64,000 nucleotides of DNA from Narcine bancroftii (Eukaryota). The notes under the pieces were generated by a model. The model made no database searches, was not told the origin of the DNA, and worked only from the letters and a program-made list of their open reading frames with translations. The position numbers were made by a program, and so were the translations under genes. Positions 1 through 12,077 of the stretch are shown here, one piece after another. The DNA is taken from contig NC_091473.1 in NCBI RefSeq assembly GCF_036971445.1, positions 255,316,001 to 255,380,000 of the forward strand. Reading direction: 5' to 3'. How positions within the stretch are numbered: position 1 is the first letter of the stretch; each line of letters opens with the position of its first letter.

Positions 1-1545
1 TATTACTGGCTCAAGGCAGTAAAAGAAGAGTAGAAATGAAAACTAAATTTGACCTTCTTACAAAAGCACAACAATTGCTGAAGAACAGGAGCCATTTTAT
101 GTACATGGAGAAAAAACAGGTAAATTAAAGGCTGAACAGTTACAAGGGCTATCAGCTAAAAGGCAAATGAACAAGATTAGGAGAAATTATTGGTACAATG
201 ACTACAGATCATGCTGAAATAAATAAGATTTTTAAGAAATTTTACTCTAAACTTTATATTTCAGAATTTAATAATGACATTATTGCTCTGTCTGATTTAT
301 TTCTCCATTTGAATCTACCTACTATTTCACAATATAAATGTGTTAGTCTTGAAGCTCCTATTTTCTCAAGAGGAAATAGTCGTAGCTATTTCTTCCTTGC
401 AATCTGGGAGAGCACCAGGACCAGATGGATATCCTGTTGAATTTTATAAAGCTTTTTCTAAATTGCTGGGTCCATATCCAAGTTCAGTGTTGGACAACTC
501 GTTTAGGGAGGGGAAACTTCCTTCTTTTAATGAAGTGAGTATATCTTATTTTGAAGAAGGGGAAGGAAGCAATTAAATGGGCCTCTTAGAACCATTTCTT
601 TAATTAATGTAGATATGAGGATCTTATCTAAAATTTAGCCCATAGAATAGAGAATATTTTACCATTGATTATCAATACTGATCAGACATGTTTTATCAAA
701 AACCATTACTCATTGTTATATACATCAATTATTGAAAAGAGTACATCGTCCTTCTAACCCAACGAATGAATGTGCATTATTGCTAGATGCCGAAAAAGGG
801 GTTGAATGGGAATATATGTTTGCAGTTTTAAAGAAATTTAATTTTGGTCCAATTTTTATTGGATTAAACTAATGTATTTATACCTTACAGCTTCAATACA
901 CTCAAATACACAACAGTCAACTCTTAGACTTTTTAGGGGAACTTGACAAGGTTGTCTGTTAAACTCTTTGCTTTTTGATCTTAGCTTGGAACCTCTAGTG
1001 ACTGCTTTGCGGAATATTTTCAGAAATAGATTTGAACATAAAATTCCTTTATATGCAGATGATCTATTGTCATTTATTTCTAATCCTGAGACTTCATTAC
1101 CAACCATATTATTCTCTGTTTGCTCAATTTAGTAAATTTTCCAGGTGCATAATAAATTTTATAAGAGTCAATTAATGGATCTTTGGCAGTTTATGCCAAT
1201 TTCCCTTTCAAACTAGTTAAGACCAGTTTAAATATTTGGGAATTACAAAGAGTTGCAAGAATTTATTAAAAGAAAACTTCCTAGACCTACTTAAACAGAT
1301 GAAAGAATCATTGTCGGGATGAACACCTTTCTTTATGTCAATGTATCAATGGAATTAGAATGAGCATTTTACCTGCATTTTTGTTCATGTTCCAATCCTT
1401 ACTAATTTTTGTTCCTAAAACCTATTTTGACTCATTAGGATTTGATTATTTTGTCTTATGTAGGGCAGAACAAATAGCCTCATATAAACAAATCTATCTT
1501 CAAAAAGTACACATGTATGTACCAAATATTTTGTTTTTATTGGTA
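1..1545 (+). mobile_element. Degenerate L1-clade LINE ORF2 fragment (RT region)
   Basis: ORF 340-576 contains GRAPGPDGYPVEFYKAF; YADD-like motif (tatgcagatgat) near 1052; many stops and frameshifts. Confidence 0.85.
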
Positions 1546-2279
1546 AGTCCACATTTGGGGCATTAGGAGTTCCAGTGGGCAGGCAGCTGGGGCCAAGAAC
1601 AGAGTCTGCATTTGGGGCATCGGGATCTCTGGTTGACAGGCAGCCAGGGCCTAGGCGACTATCCATGGTCGGAACATTGGGAGCTACAGAGGACTGGTGG
1701 GCTGGATCACACTAACACTCCACTAGTTTCACTGCCTGCAACATAGCCACATGCGCCACAATCACGTGATCGCAAACCACGTCCACTAACACTACCGTTG
1801 TGAGCACTGGCTCATGTGATTCCTGTCACGGACAACAACACATTTCCACAGGTTACATATTACTTTAAAGAGTGGCATTTGGCTCATGAGCCACTATTTG
1901 GCCACCCCTGGTCTAGACCTTTCCTAAATACACCAGCCTAAATGTCTTTTAAACATTGCAATTGTCCCCGTATCCACCAGTTCCTCCAGCAACCCCTTCT
2001 GTACACCCACCATCCTCTGTATGGATAGTGCCCCAAGGTCCCTTTAGAAATTTCACCCCTCTCACCTTAAATCTCTGCCCTTCCCAATGTTATTTACCTA
2101 TTAGACTATTTATCTTCTCTATTGTCCTTGCCTCATGCCTTTATAAACCTCCATAAGGTCCCCTCCTCACGATCCTATGCATCAAGTAAGATCTTCCAAT
2201 AACCTGCCGTTTCATTGCAGCCATCCTCAAACACCACAGCTTTCTTTTTAATACAATAAATGACGGGTTTTTTTTGCAG

Positions 2280-2304
2280 GAGCTGTTCTGGACCACGTAT
2301 CAAG
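2280..2304 (+). CDS. 25-nt exon ELFWTTYQ(G) resembling the Gla-domain aromatic-stack exon; putative novel Gla protein (5' exons outside window)
   Basis: ttttttttgcag|GAGCTGTTCTGGACCACGTATCAAG|gtatgt; phase 0 to 1; FWxxY motif; same size as exon 3 of F7/F9/F10/PROC. Confidence 0.7.
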
Positions 2305-3034
2305 GTATGTGTTTATTTCTTGTTCTAATTCAGTGCACAGATTAATAAAAATGAGTTTATTGTCATACACAGTGTACAATCTATGAATTTCAGTGTATGC
2401 ACTGAAATTTATTACTTGGTGCAGCTGAACAGGAACTTGTAAAGAAAAATGATAATTGACCAGAAGCTGAACTGGAATAGCCGATGTGGCTCCAAGAACA
2501 GGTGAGAAGCCAGGAATCCTGTGGCAAGTAGCTCACCCCCAATGTTGTCCACCACCTACAGGACTCGAGTCAGGAGTGTGATGGGTCAATCTCCAATTGC
2601 CAGGACGAGGGCACCTTCTATCACACTGAAGAATTCCAACACCATCCACTGCAGTCCATTTGATTGGGATCCCATCTACCACCGTCCACACACAGACAGT
2701 AGTTTGTACCATCTTCAGGATGCATAGCAGCCGCTTACCAGGAATTGTCAATCAACTCCTTGCAAACTACTTTCACCTCTGCCAACTGGAGGGATATGGG
2801 GAGAAAAAGCTCAGGGGGACCCCCCCCCCCCCCCGAAGTTAAACAGGAATGTCTGCAGAGTGAGTACAACACACAAAAGTGCTGGAGAACCTCACCAGGG
2901 GAAGATAAGTTTGGTGGTGGGATCAAATACTGACCAGGTCTGTGCCTGTTTAGCTTCCGAGATCAGACGTATTCAGGCTATTATGCTTCTTATAAGGGAA
3001 AGGAAAACTAGAGGTGATCATTGGGGGATGAGAG

Positions 3035-3995
3035 GTGGAGAGGGTGAGCAAATTTAAGTTCTTGGGAGTCACTATGTCAGAGGAGCTTTCCTGGACCAAA
3101 CAGATTAATCTCATCGTGAAGAAAGCATGTCAGTGCCTCTACTTCCTCAGGTGGTTCCAGAGTTTTGGTATGTCATCAGACACCCTGGGAAATTTCTACG
3201 GAGGTGTGATGGAAAGTGTGCTAACCGGTTGAATCACGGTCTGGTATGACAACACCAGTAACCCTGAGTGTAAAGCCCAGCAAAAAGTAATGGACACAGC
3301 CCAGGACATCACAGGTGAAACTCTTCCCCACCATCGAGAACATCTACAGGAAATGCTGCCGTCTTGTCCATCCTGCTTGTTCATGTGTCTGATTGGAGGG
3401 TGGTAGAGCACATGCACACAGAGGTGCAGATTACATTGACATCACGTTCAGCACAGACATCATGGGCTGAAGGGCCTACTCCTGTACTACACTCTTGTGT
3501 GTATAGGCATTATCAACTGAGTACTGGTGATACAGATCAGTGCATCATAGGCAAAACCCTCCCCACCACTGAGAACATCTACAGGGAACGCTATAGTCAG
3601 AGAGCAGCAGCAATCATCAAGGATCCACCCCACCCAGCACACACTCTTTTCTCGCTGCTGCCATCAGGAGAGAGGTATTGGTGCCTCAAGGCTCGCACCA
3701 CCAGGTTCAGGAACAGCTGCTCCCCCTCCACCATCAGACTCCTCAATGACAAACTCAATCAGGGACTCATTTAAGGTCTCTTATTTTGCATGTTATTTAT
3801 AACTGAATATTTATTTTCTGTATTTGCAGTTTATCTGCATTTCTTTCTTTGTTTCCATTTCTCTCTTTTGTCTACACATCTTTTCTTGACTACTTTTTTT
3901 TTGCACTACTGATAAGTGGTAATTCTGCCCGGCCCACAGTAAAAGGAATCTCAGCGTTGTAATGTGATGTCATGTATGTGCTCCGACAATAAATC
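3035..3995 (+). mobile_element. Rex1/Babar-type LINE 3' fragments
   Basis: KFKFLGVTMSEELSW...KKACQCLYFLR and HPAHTLFSLLPSG...TTRFRNS motifs; tail ending caataaatctgaa. Confidence 0.8.
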
Positions 3996-4329
3996 TGAAA
4001 TCTAAATTTTGAGACCACACCTGTAATATTGGACAGGTCTGTTTTTTATAAATGTATGTTAACAGGTCCTTCCAGCCATTTGAGCCTGTGCCCACCCAAA
4101 CATCCCAAATAACCTCCAACAAGGGTACATTTTGAAAGGTAGGATATCGATTGGGGGAGTGGAGTGACTGATTCCTGGGATGGTGGGTTTGTTCTACAGG
4201 GAGAGGTAAACAGACGAGCTTTATTCTCTTGTTGAGAAGAGAGAGATGATCCCACTGAAATGGACGCAAGTTTGAAGGGACTTGACACACAAGGCGTGAG
4301 TTTTTAAATTTTTTAATTTAATTTTTATT

Positions 4330-4548
4330 TAAATTTAGGCCAACAACGTGATAATAGGCCATACCAGTCCACAAGTGCATGCCACCCAATTAACCTACAA
4401 CCCCCGATATGTTTCAAATGGTGGGAGGAAACTGGGGGTCCTGGGAAAAACAGGGAGAACATACAAATTTCTTAGCGCAGGACTCAAACCCCGGTCCTGT
4501 TTGCTGACGCTGTAAAGGTGCTATGCTAACCACTACACCAACCGTGCC
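4330..4548 (-). mobile_element. tRNA-derived SINE (V-SINE-like)
   Basis: Related to copies at about 16125-16380, 20370-20560, 28190-28433, 29345-29560, 47885-48100, 57710-57950 and 63480-63650; box A/B-like head on the minus strand. Confidence 0.65.
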
Positions 4549-5030
4549 ATCCTGCTTCCCCTGCCTGATGTTCTAGAAGCAAAGGTTGACCAATTCTGGA
4601 CAGAGATGAAGTTTCTCTCTGAGACTCTCATATTCATGGAACAATATTTATTTATTTATTTGTACAGATGAAATACTTGTCCTGCATATATATTGTTTGT
4701 CTGTATGTGTGCAAATGTATAGTTGTGTGTCTGCAAGTTTTTGCAATGAAGACCGGAGAACATTGTTTCATCAGGTTGTACTTCTACAATCAGATGACAA
4801 TAAACTGGACTTGATTTGACTTCTTCACCCAGAGTTTAGTCAATCTTTGGAATTTTCTGACTCTAATAGATTCCAGTCAGAGATTGTTGAATTTTTGTAC
4901 ATGTCGGGAACTAAAGTTGATTTAGAGAAGGCAAATCAGCAGATCTGATCACTGGAGGAGCTGGTGGGGTGCAAACAGCCTTTCCAGCTTCATTTTCTCT
5001 TGCCCTTATTTTCTTTCCTCTGTCCTGCAG

Positions 5031-5126
5031 GTTTATTACCCAAAGCCAATGTGTCGGAGAAGCACGTTGCTCCTGTGAAGCCAGAGCTGCATGAATTCAT
5101 TCAGGATATGCTCAAATTCGGCACTG
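5031..5126 (+). CDS. 96-nt internal exon of putative Gla/coiled-coil protein (GLLPKANVSEKHVAPVKPELHEFIQDMLKFGT)
   Basis: Long polypyrimidine acceptor ...tgtcctgcag|, donor |gtgagg; phase 1-1; in frame with the 2280-2304 exon. Confidence 0.7.
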
Positions 5127-5949
5127 GTGAGGGTATATGGCGACGGTGGTGAGGGTTGTTCATTCCTTCCACAGGCACCTATCTGGGCTTTTGAAACAGA
5201 CTCCTTCCCCCCAGCAGGTCACACCCCCTCTCCCCCCCCCCACTGTGTCACTGCCATTCAAACCACCGCCTGGCCACCAGATCTTTAACATTTTCTTTTC
5301 CAATCTATGAGCAGCGGAAAGGACACATCTCAGGCCTGTGTCTCCAAAAGGTCTCTCAGCTTGTGGACCAAATGATTCATTGATACTCAGAAGCTCAGAG
5401 TAGCAATTCCTGAGCTGAAAATGTCATACACCTCCATCAATGTAAGATGAGAGTTTCTGGTCATTCACATAAAGGTATATATGCACCAAAATTCTTGCAT
5501 TCGCCCGCTGGGAAATCCAGAACTAGATTTCAGAATATAGTGGCACTCACTAGTGATGGAGATGAGGAAGAATTTCTTCTCTCCGAGAATTTGAACTGCT
5601 TGGAGTTGCTGGGATGGAGTCATTTGGAAGAAACAGGAGAATGCAGCTGCTGGAATTCAGAGCAAAATGTAAACTGCTGGATGAACTCACTTCATCAAGC
5701 AGCCTCTGTGGAAGAGGTGACATTTTGGGTCAAGAACCTGCATGAGGATTGGGGGTGGGGTGGGGAGAGGATTCCACCAACATTCGCATTGTCCCTCTCC
5801 CTTCTCTCCCTGGGGATTGTTCTCTCTGAAATTTCCAGGTCTGCTCATCCCTCCCCACCCACCTTTCCCCATCCCTTGGCTCTTTCCCCTACAACCAAAA
5901 GAGGTATAAAACCCATCCCTTCTGATGCTCCTCCACCATCCAGCAACCA

Positions 5950-6575
5950 ACACATAGGAGCAGAAATAGGCCATTCAGCCCATTGTCTGCTCCACCATTT
6001 AATAATGAGCTGATCCATTTCCACACTCAGCCCCACTTCCCGGCCTTCTCCCCACAACCTTTGATGCCCTGGATAATCAAGAACCTATCAATCTCTGCCA
6101 TAAATACACCTGATAACCTGACCTCCACAACCACCTGTGGTAAAAAAAATTCCACAGGTTTACCGTCCTCTGGTTGAAGAAATTCCTCCACATCTCTGTT
6201 CTAAGTGGACACCCTTCAATCCTGAAGTTGTGCCCTCTTGTCCTAGATTCTCCCACCGTGGGAAACGACCTTTCTACATCTACTCTGTCCACGCCTTTCA
6301 CCATTTGACATATTTTAGTGAGATTCCCCCCCCCCCCCATTCTCCTAAATTCCAATGAGTACAGGCCAAGAGCTGTCAGGTGTTCCTCATATGATAATCC
6401 TTTCATTCCTGGAATGAACCTGGTGAACCTCCTCTGAACCCTCTCCAATGTCAGCACATCCTTTCTTAAATGAGGAGCCCAAAACTGTTCACAATACTCC
6501 AAGTGAGGTCCAACCAGTACCTTATAAAGCTTCAACATTACATTTCTGCTCTTATATTCCTCTTGAAATGAATGC
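5950..6575 (-). mobile_element. CR1 LINE 3' end
   Basis: ORF 6077-6625: LYKVLVGPHLEYCEQFWAPHL...LERVQRRFTR...SRTRGH. Confidence 0.9.
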
Positions 6576-7739
6576 CATCCCTTAGCACTTGCGTTGCAAC
6601 CAAAGGAGGTGGGAAACCCATCCATTCAGCTGCTCTTCCACCATCCAGTAACCTTAATAGCCCTGACAGGTGAGGCCTCCTCCGACTTCCTCTGCTGCAT
6701 TCAGTGCTCAGGATGGGACACAAGTGAGACTAAGCATAGACTGGACAACCATTTGACAATAAAAACACACAGAAATGCTGAAGGAACTCAGCAGTCTCAC
6801 AGCCTCCAGAGGAGGTAAACATATATTGCTGATGTTTCAGGCCTGAGTCCTTCATCAAGGTAAAACCATTTGACAGAGCATCTGACTTCCTCACCAGCCT
6901 CTTTAGCTCCCCCTTCCCATTCTTGGGCTTCTCCAGTAATTCGAGGCCAAACACAAGGTACAGGAACAACACCTTGTATTCCGCTGGTGCAATCCACAGC
7001 CCGTTGGTATAAACATTGAATTGTCCAATTTCAGGTACTCATAGGGTCATGGGAAGGCAAGGAGTTGGATATAGGTTCTGGATGGTCCTTTATCGATCCC
7101 CTTTGACAAGGTTCAGGGTTGCACTCTCTTCTTCAGTCAACATACCATAAGGAATGGAGGACATGGACACTTTCATTTCCTGGTACTCCTCTATTACACA
7201 CAAACTTGGTGGGAAGTCCCTCCCCCCTATAGGGGATCAAGGAAATTACATTGGTTGGTCTATCCCACTGCCATCTGACTTGGCCAATCCAAAAAGGTCT
7301 TCTTCCATGTGACAAGCATTATCCTATCAGCATTAAACTACACACTATCCACCTGCAAATTGCATCATTATGTGAATCAATCACCAACCAGTCCCCTTTC
7401 CTCAGGCATTGTTTTTTCACGTCCCCTGTGAGGAAACTCCAGGCTGGTGGCAACTTACTAGCTGATCAGGGGATGCCCAGCAACAAACAGCAAACCATTA
7501 TTGCATTGCTATTTCCTGTTCCCTGTGACCACGTGCAAGCAGAGTAAATTGTCACGGATCAGAGGTTACTCATTAGTAATACAGGTGCAGTCTGAATAAT
7601 CAGGATGGATGCTTATAGAGAAAGTTGCTTCCTAGTTTGGAAAAGTGCAGCAAGGATGTAAAGATTGATTTAATATTGTGAACTTGAGCGATCATCGTTT
7701 GGAGACTCTTCTGTTAAAACTCTTTTTCCTGGTCCTCAG

Positions 7740-7927
7740 TATTCTCTGGGAATGAGACTAAACTGGCATCCATTTTTACCTTGGAAAGGCAAATCCTTGA
7801 AAAGCAAAGGGAAATTATTAAATCTCTCTGGAAGCTGACTGGACACAAAAAGGATCTCTTGGCCTTGGAAGAGGAACTCCTTAAGTTGGTAACTGGCTGT
7901 TTTGACCAGAGTGATGGACAGGTTTAA
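7740..7927 (+). CDS. Terminal coding exon of putative Gla/coiled-coil protein (VFSGNETKLASIFTLERQILEKQREIIKSLWKLTGHKKDLLALEEELLKLVTGCFDQSDGQV*)
   Basis: Acceptor tctttttcctggtcctcag|; phase-1 entry gives 62 open codons to TAA 7925-7927; AATAAA at 8052-8057. Confidence 0.65.
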
Positions 7928-8051
7928 ATGTTTCCAAAAGTAAATGCAAGTTGGGTTTAGTTTGGAATATACAGTATGATTTTGTGAAAACATTAAAATT
8001 TCACCTTTGCTATAAAAGCTCAGCCTTGTGTAAGATTTCAGTCATAATTGC

Positions 8052-8057
8052 AATAAA
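8052..8057 (+). terminator. Polyadenylation signal of putative Gla/coiled-coil gene
   Basis: AATAAA about 125 nt after the stop codon. Confidence 0.5.
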
Positions 8058-8254
8058 ATACTTGTCATACGCAAAATGTACAACATAGTTTGTGCCAAAG
8101 AACTTACTGGTTGAGTGCTTATTGTATGGTTCTCTTTGCATATTTTATTGTGGATTTTTCTGATATTGACTGTGCCTCACAGTCATTCAGAAGATGGTGA
8201 GTCTCCTTGAAAACAAGTCCATGAGTGGTTGTATTAAAGCACATATTTTACCTA

Positions 8255-9450
8255 AATTTGTTGTTTCTTTTCCAATCTATACCAATTTTCATTCCCAAAA
8301 ACGTTTTTGACTCATTGGATTTGATTATATCTTCCTATGTATGACGAGGAAAAACACCCCCTCTTAAATAAAACTCATCTTCAAAAAACTAAAAGGAATC
8401 ATAGGTGTACAAGCAGGGGCAGGGTGGGGCGGGGGGGGGAAACAGCCCTCTAAAATTCGGTCAAAACAGTGGGGAAAATTTGGGCAAAGCAAGAAGAAAA
8501 AAACAATCGGACAGAGAAAGCATCTGATGTCCTCAGGGGTGGTGGCAGGGCTGTTACTGAAATCCACCGTTGTCCTTGACTCACTCCAGACTATCACCGG
8601 ATATATCTGACGTCCCCTGGAGTGATTGACTCTCCTCGTTGTGCCCAGAGCCAGCGCTACCATTAGGCGAACTAGGCTACCGCCTAGGGCGCAGACCACA
8701 GTGGGGCAGAGTCCGGATCGGACAATTTCAGCTCAAGTGCAGCTATATGTTTGCGGAGTGACCCAACCACATGCGGCGATCAGGTAAGTCTTTATTTTTT
8801 GGCGGGGGCGCTGTCCGGTGAGTGAGTGGCTTGGGGAGGACAATGGTATAGTGGTTCCCTGAGGTGAAGGGACGCAAATGCCCTCACTCGGCCTTGGCCA
8901 CATTGGCCATTGGGTTGCTGGAGCTCAATGTGTCCCTCCCTCTCTCCCCACCTCCCTGTTCTCTGTTTCTTCCCCCCCCCCCCCACCAGTGGTCTCTGCT
9001 CCCCCTCCTCAGTTCCTGTTTTACCCCCTTTTCCAGTCCCCGTTCCACACCCCCATCCCCACTTTCACCCCCCTCGGTCCCTGGGCATAGTGTGGGCCCC
9101 ATATAAAATTTTGGGCAAATCAACCCCTCTGCCCCACTTAACTAAAGAGCCCACATATGTTTATGAACGGGATGATGGATTGGAATTTCCTAATTTTAGA
9201 TTTTATTACTGGGCAATCAATATACATAATTTGCTTCTTTTATTACACCGATAATCAACTTGACCACCCTCCATAGGTAGAAATGAAACTGAATTTTACT
9301 AAAAGCTCTTCTATGTTGGAAATTTTAGGGTTTTTTTTAAATCCTCTTCTTTATATAAACTAACTGATAATCTCATAATTAGACATAATTTGAGAATATG
9401 GGGACAATTTAGAAGGTTTTTTGGATTTCAGAGTTCTCTTGCCAGCCCTA
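8255..9450 (+). mobile_element. L1 ORF2 fragment interrupted by a GC-rich insertion (about 8400-9110)
   Basis: GLEFPNFRFYYWAINI motif at about 9175-9230; 8255-8400 resembles the L1 segment at 1370-1510. Confidence 0.55.
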
Positions 9451-10469
9451 TTATGCCCGCTAATTACACCCAATTCACCTACAACCCCCAGTACATTTTG
9501 AATGGAGGAGGAAATGAGAAAATCCACACAGATATGGGGAGAACATACTGACAGACAGCGTAGGATCCAAACCCCAGTCCCGAAGGATATAAATTGGGCT
9601 GCATGGACTCACCTGTTACCGTGCTTTATGTCTACATTTTAAAAATCAATTTAAAAAAATGCCAGGAACAGAGAGCTTGAGTTAGAGAAGTACAGCAAAG
9701 AACAGGCACTTTGGCCCATCTCATCCATTCTGACCTAGTTGTGTTGGCCTGCATTTGAGTGGTGGTGAGTGGTTGGATCGGCTGGATCTTTATTCCCTGG
9801 AGCACAGGAGTGTGAGGAGTGTGGTGGTTTGTATCTGGAACAAGCTGTCAGAGGAAAAGACAAGTGGGTACAATAATATTGGGACAGATTTATGGATAGT
9901 CCAAAAAACACCATTGTAGAAGATGCAGAGAACATACCGTCCAGCTGCAGGAGGCAGAAAGCAGGGGTGAACCCCTATTTCAGCATGGATACAGGGTCGT
10001 TCAGGGAAGCTCTTCCATGCTGTCTACCCCAGCTGGTCCCATTTGCCAGCATTCGACCCATATCCCCAGTTCCTATCCATTTCCCAAACTGGACTAGACC
10101 AGAAAGCAAAATTGTTAAGCATAGATCAGTTGGGCCAAAGGGCCTGTTCCATGATAAACGACTGCATGACCTGTGATTCTGTCGTTTAACGTTGAGCTGT
10201 GTTATCAAATGTTATCTATGTTTTTATCCACCAGGGCAGCTATTTTCAACAGGGACCAACAGCACTGAAACTACAAACTATTTTTGATATTTTTTAATGT
10301 TGTTGTAGAAGTACAGAAGAAACCAAAATGTGAGTGCTTCATGAGGAAGGGGCTCATAAACTTGGAGAGGAGACCTAAGGCGGGCATAGCCAAACCAAGG
10401 TTGGGAAGGTTTAGTTTAGAGAGTGGTGAGAACAATCTGATCACTTGTGCCCACATCAACTCCTTCATC

Positions 10470-11140
10470 ATGGTCCAGGGCCCCAAAAAGGCCTTTCACA
10501 TGAAACAACACTTCAGCTGGACATCCGCAGGACTGATTTACTGCATCTGCTGCTTCCTTTGTAGAGAGACAGGTCGCAAACTGGGAGGTTGTTTTGCTCA
10601 GCACCTCCGCTCCGTTTGCAACCATTGCGACCATTTCAATTCCAATTCACACACCCAGACTCACGTCTGTTCATGGCCTGATATACTATCCTGCAGATTT
10701 GAGGAACAATGCCTTACTTTCTGTCTGGGCACCCTCAATACAGATGGCATGAACATCGACTTTTCTGCTTTCTACTAAACTTGTTCACATTGACTTTCCC
10801 ATCCGCCTTACTAGTCTTTCTAGTTCTCCCCTCTCTTCCCCTTCCCCACCCAGCCATCCCTCCTCCCTCTCATTGGTCCTGTTCCCCCCTCCTTTCTCCA
10901 TCAACCATCTCCTGAATATTTATTCAGACACCTGCCAGCATTGAATGTTACATTCTCAATGTAGTATTATGTTGCAGTAATGGAACCTTTACCTTTAATT
11001 TCTCACACGTTGATGAAGGGTTCAAGCCTGAAACATCGGTAATGTACCTTTGCTACATAAAGGACGCTGTTTGCCCTGCTGAGCTTCTCCAGAATTTTGT
11101 GCCTTTACTTCAACAACGGGGTCTGCAGATTTTCCATCAG
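10470..11140 (+). mobile_element. Penelope-like element fragment (GIY-YIG endonuclease region and tail)
   Basis: QGPKKAFHMKQHFSWTSAGLIYCICC...ETGRKLG..FAQHLRSV; tail tgatgaagggttcaagcctgaaac. Confidence 0.75.
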
Positions 11141-11432
11141 ATCACAGTGACCAGGACAAGCTGTCCCTCCATCCACTGGTCTTCCACCGCTGCCAATGGT
11201 AGTGGGAGTGCCAGGAATAGCCTTCAGTGACGGGAAGTGGATGGCAACGGGGATACGGGCCAAACGCCAGCAAATGAGACCAGCAGCAATGGTCAATTTG
11301 GAAGAGCTGGGCTGAACGGCCTAGTTCCATGCTGAGTTGGTGGCTCATCACTGCTCGCCGCCTCCTGCATCTGGAATGGTCAGTCTCAGTGTCTCCAGTT
11401 AAGGTTCCCCAGTGGGTGCAGAGGCGGTGAAA

Positions 11433-11780
11433 GGGTCACTGGGGGCCTGAGATGGTGAAGGGGTCACTGGGGGCCTGAGATGGTGAAGGGGTCACTGGGG
11501 GCCTGAGATGGTGAAGGGGTCACTGGGGGCCTGAGATGGTGAAGGGGTCACTGGGGGCCTGAGATGGTGAAGGGGTCACTGGGGGCCTGAGATGGTGAAG
11601 GGGTCACTGGGGGCCTGAGATGGTGAAGGGGTCACTGGGGGCCTGAGATGGTGAAGGGGTCACTGGGGGCCTGAGATGGTGAAGGGGTCACTGGGGGCCT
11701 GAGATGGTGAAGGGGTCACTGGGGGCCTGAGATGGTGAAGGGGTCACTGGGGGCCTGAGATGGTGAAGGGGTCACTGGGG
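11433..11780. repeat. 28-bp G-rich minisatellite, 12 full copies plus a partial (gggtcactgggggcctgagatggtgaag)
   Basis: Exact 28-nt period (11433, 11461, 11489 ... 11741, 11769), no spacers. Confidence 0.97.
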
Positions 11781-11784
11781 GGCG

Positions 11785-11996
11785 TCGGCGGTCATGACGA
11801 AGCGAACGCCCGGACCTGCCCTCTGGGACTAGCCCCGCCCCCTCCAGACAGGCCCCGCCCCCTCCAGACAGGCCCCGCCTCCAGCTTGTCCCACAATGCC
11901 CCGCGCCCGCCTCGGCCCAGTATGGCGGCTCCCTCTCCCTGACCCTCGGGCCGCCGGGACCTTTGCTCATCTTTCCGCCGGTACCGGGGACAGGAG
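11785..11996 (+). promoter_or_regulatory. CpG-rich promoter and non-coding exon 1 of C1orf74
   Basis: Three GC boxes (gccccgccc/t) at 11832-11880; ZNF143/SBS-like tcccacaatgcccc 11889-11902; YY1-like atggcgg at 11922; donor gag|gtgagt after 11996. Confidence 0.7.
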
Positions 11997-12077
11997 GTGA
12001 GTTCCGGGTCACATATCGCGCCTCACCCGGCCCGCGGACAATGAACCGGTCGGCGGATTGGAGAGGGTCTCCATGGA

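Noticed and set aside
5447-6013. 188-aa plus-strand ORF
   Set aside because: Patchwork of repeat fragments (Rex tail, CR1, Penelope-like) inside an intron.
10235-10287. Alternative last exon for the Gla-like gene (GQLFSTGTNSTETTNYF*)
   Set aside because: The acceptor is plausible, but the 7740 exon gives a longer protein-like frame and a nearby AATAAA. Kept only as a possible minor isoform.
11433-11780. CRISPR-like 28-bp repeats
   Set aside because: Units are directly adjacent with no unique spacers, the context is eukaryotic, and there are no cas genes.
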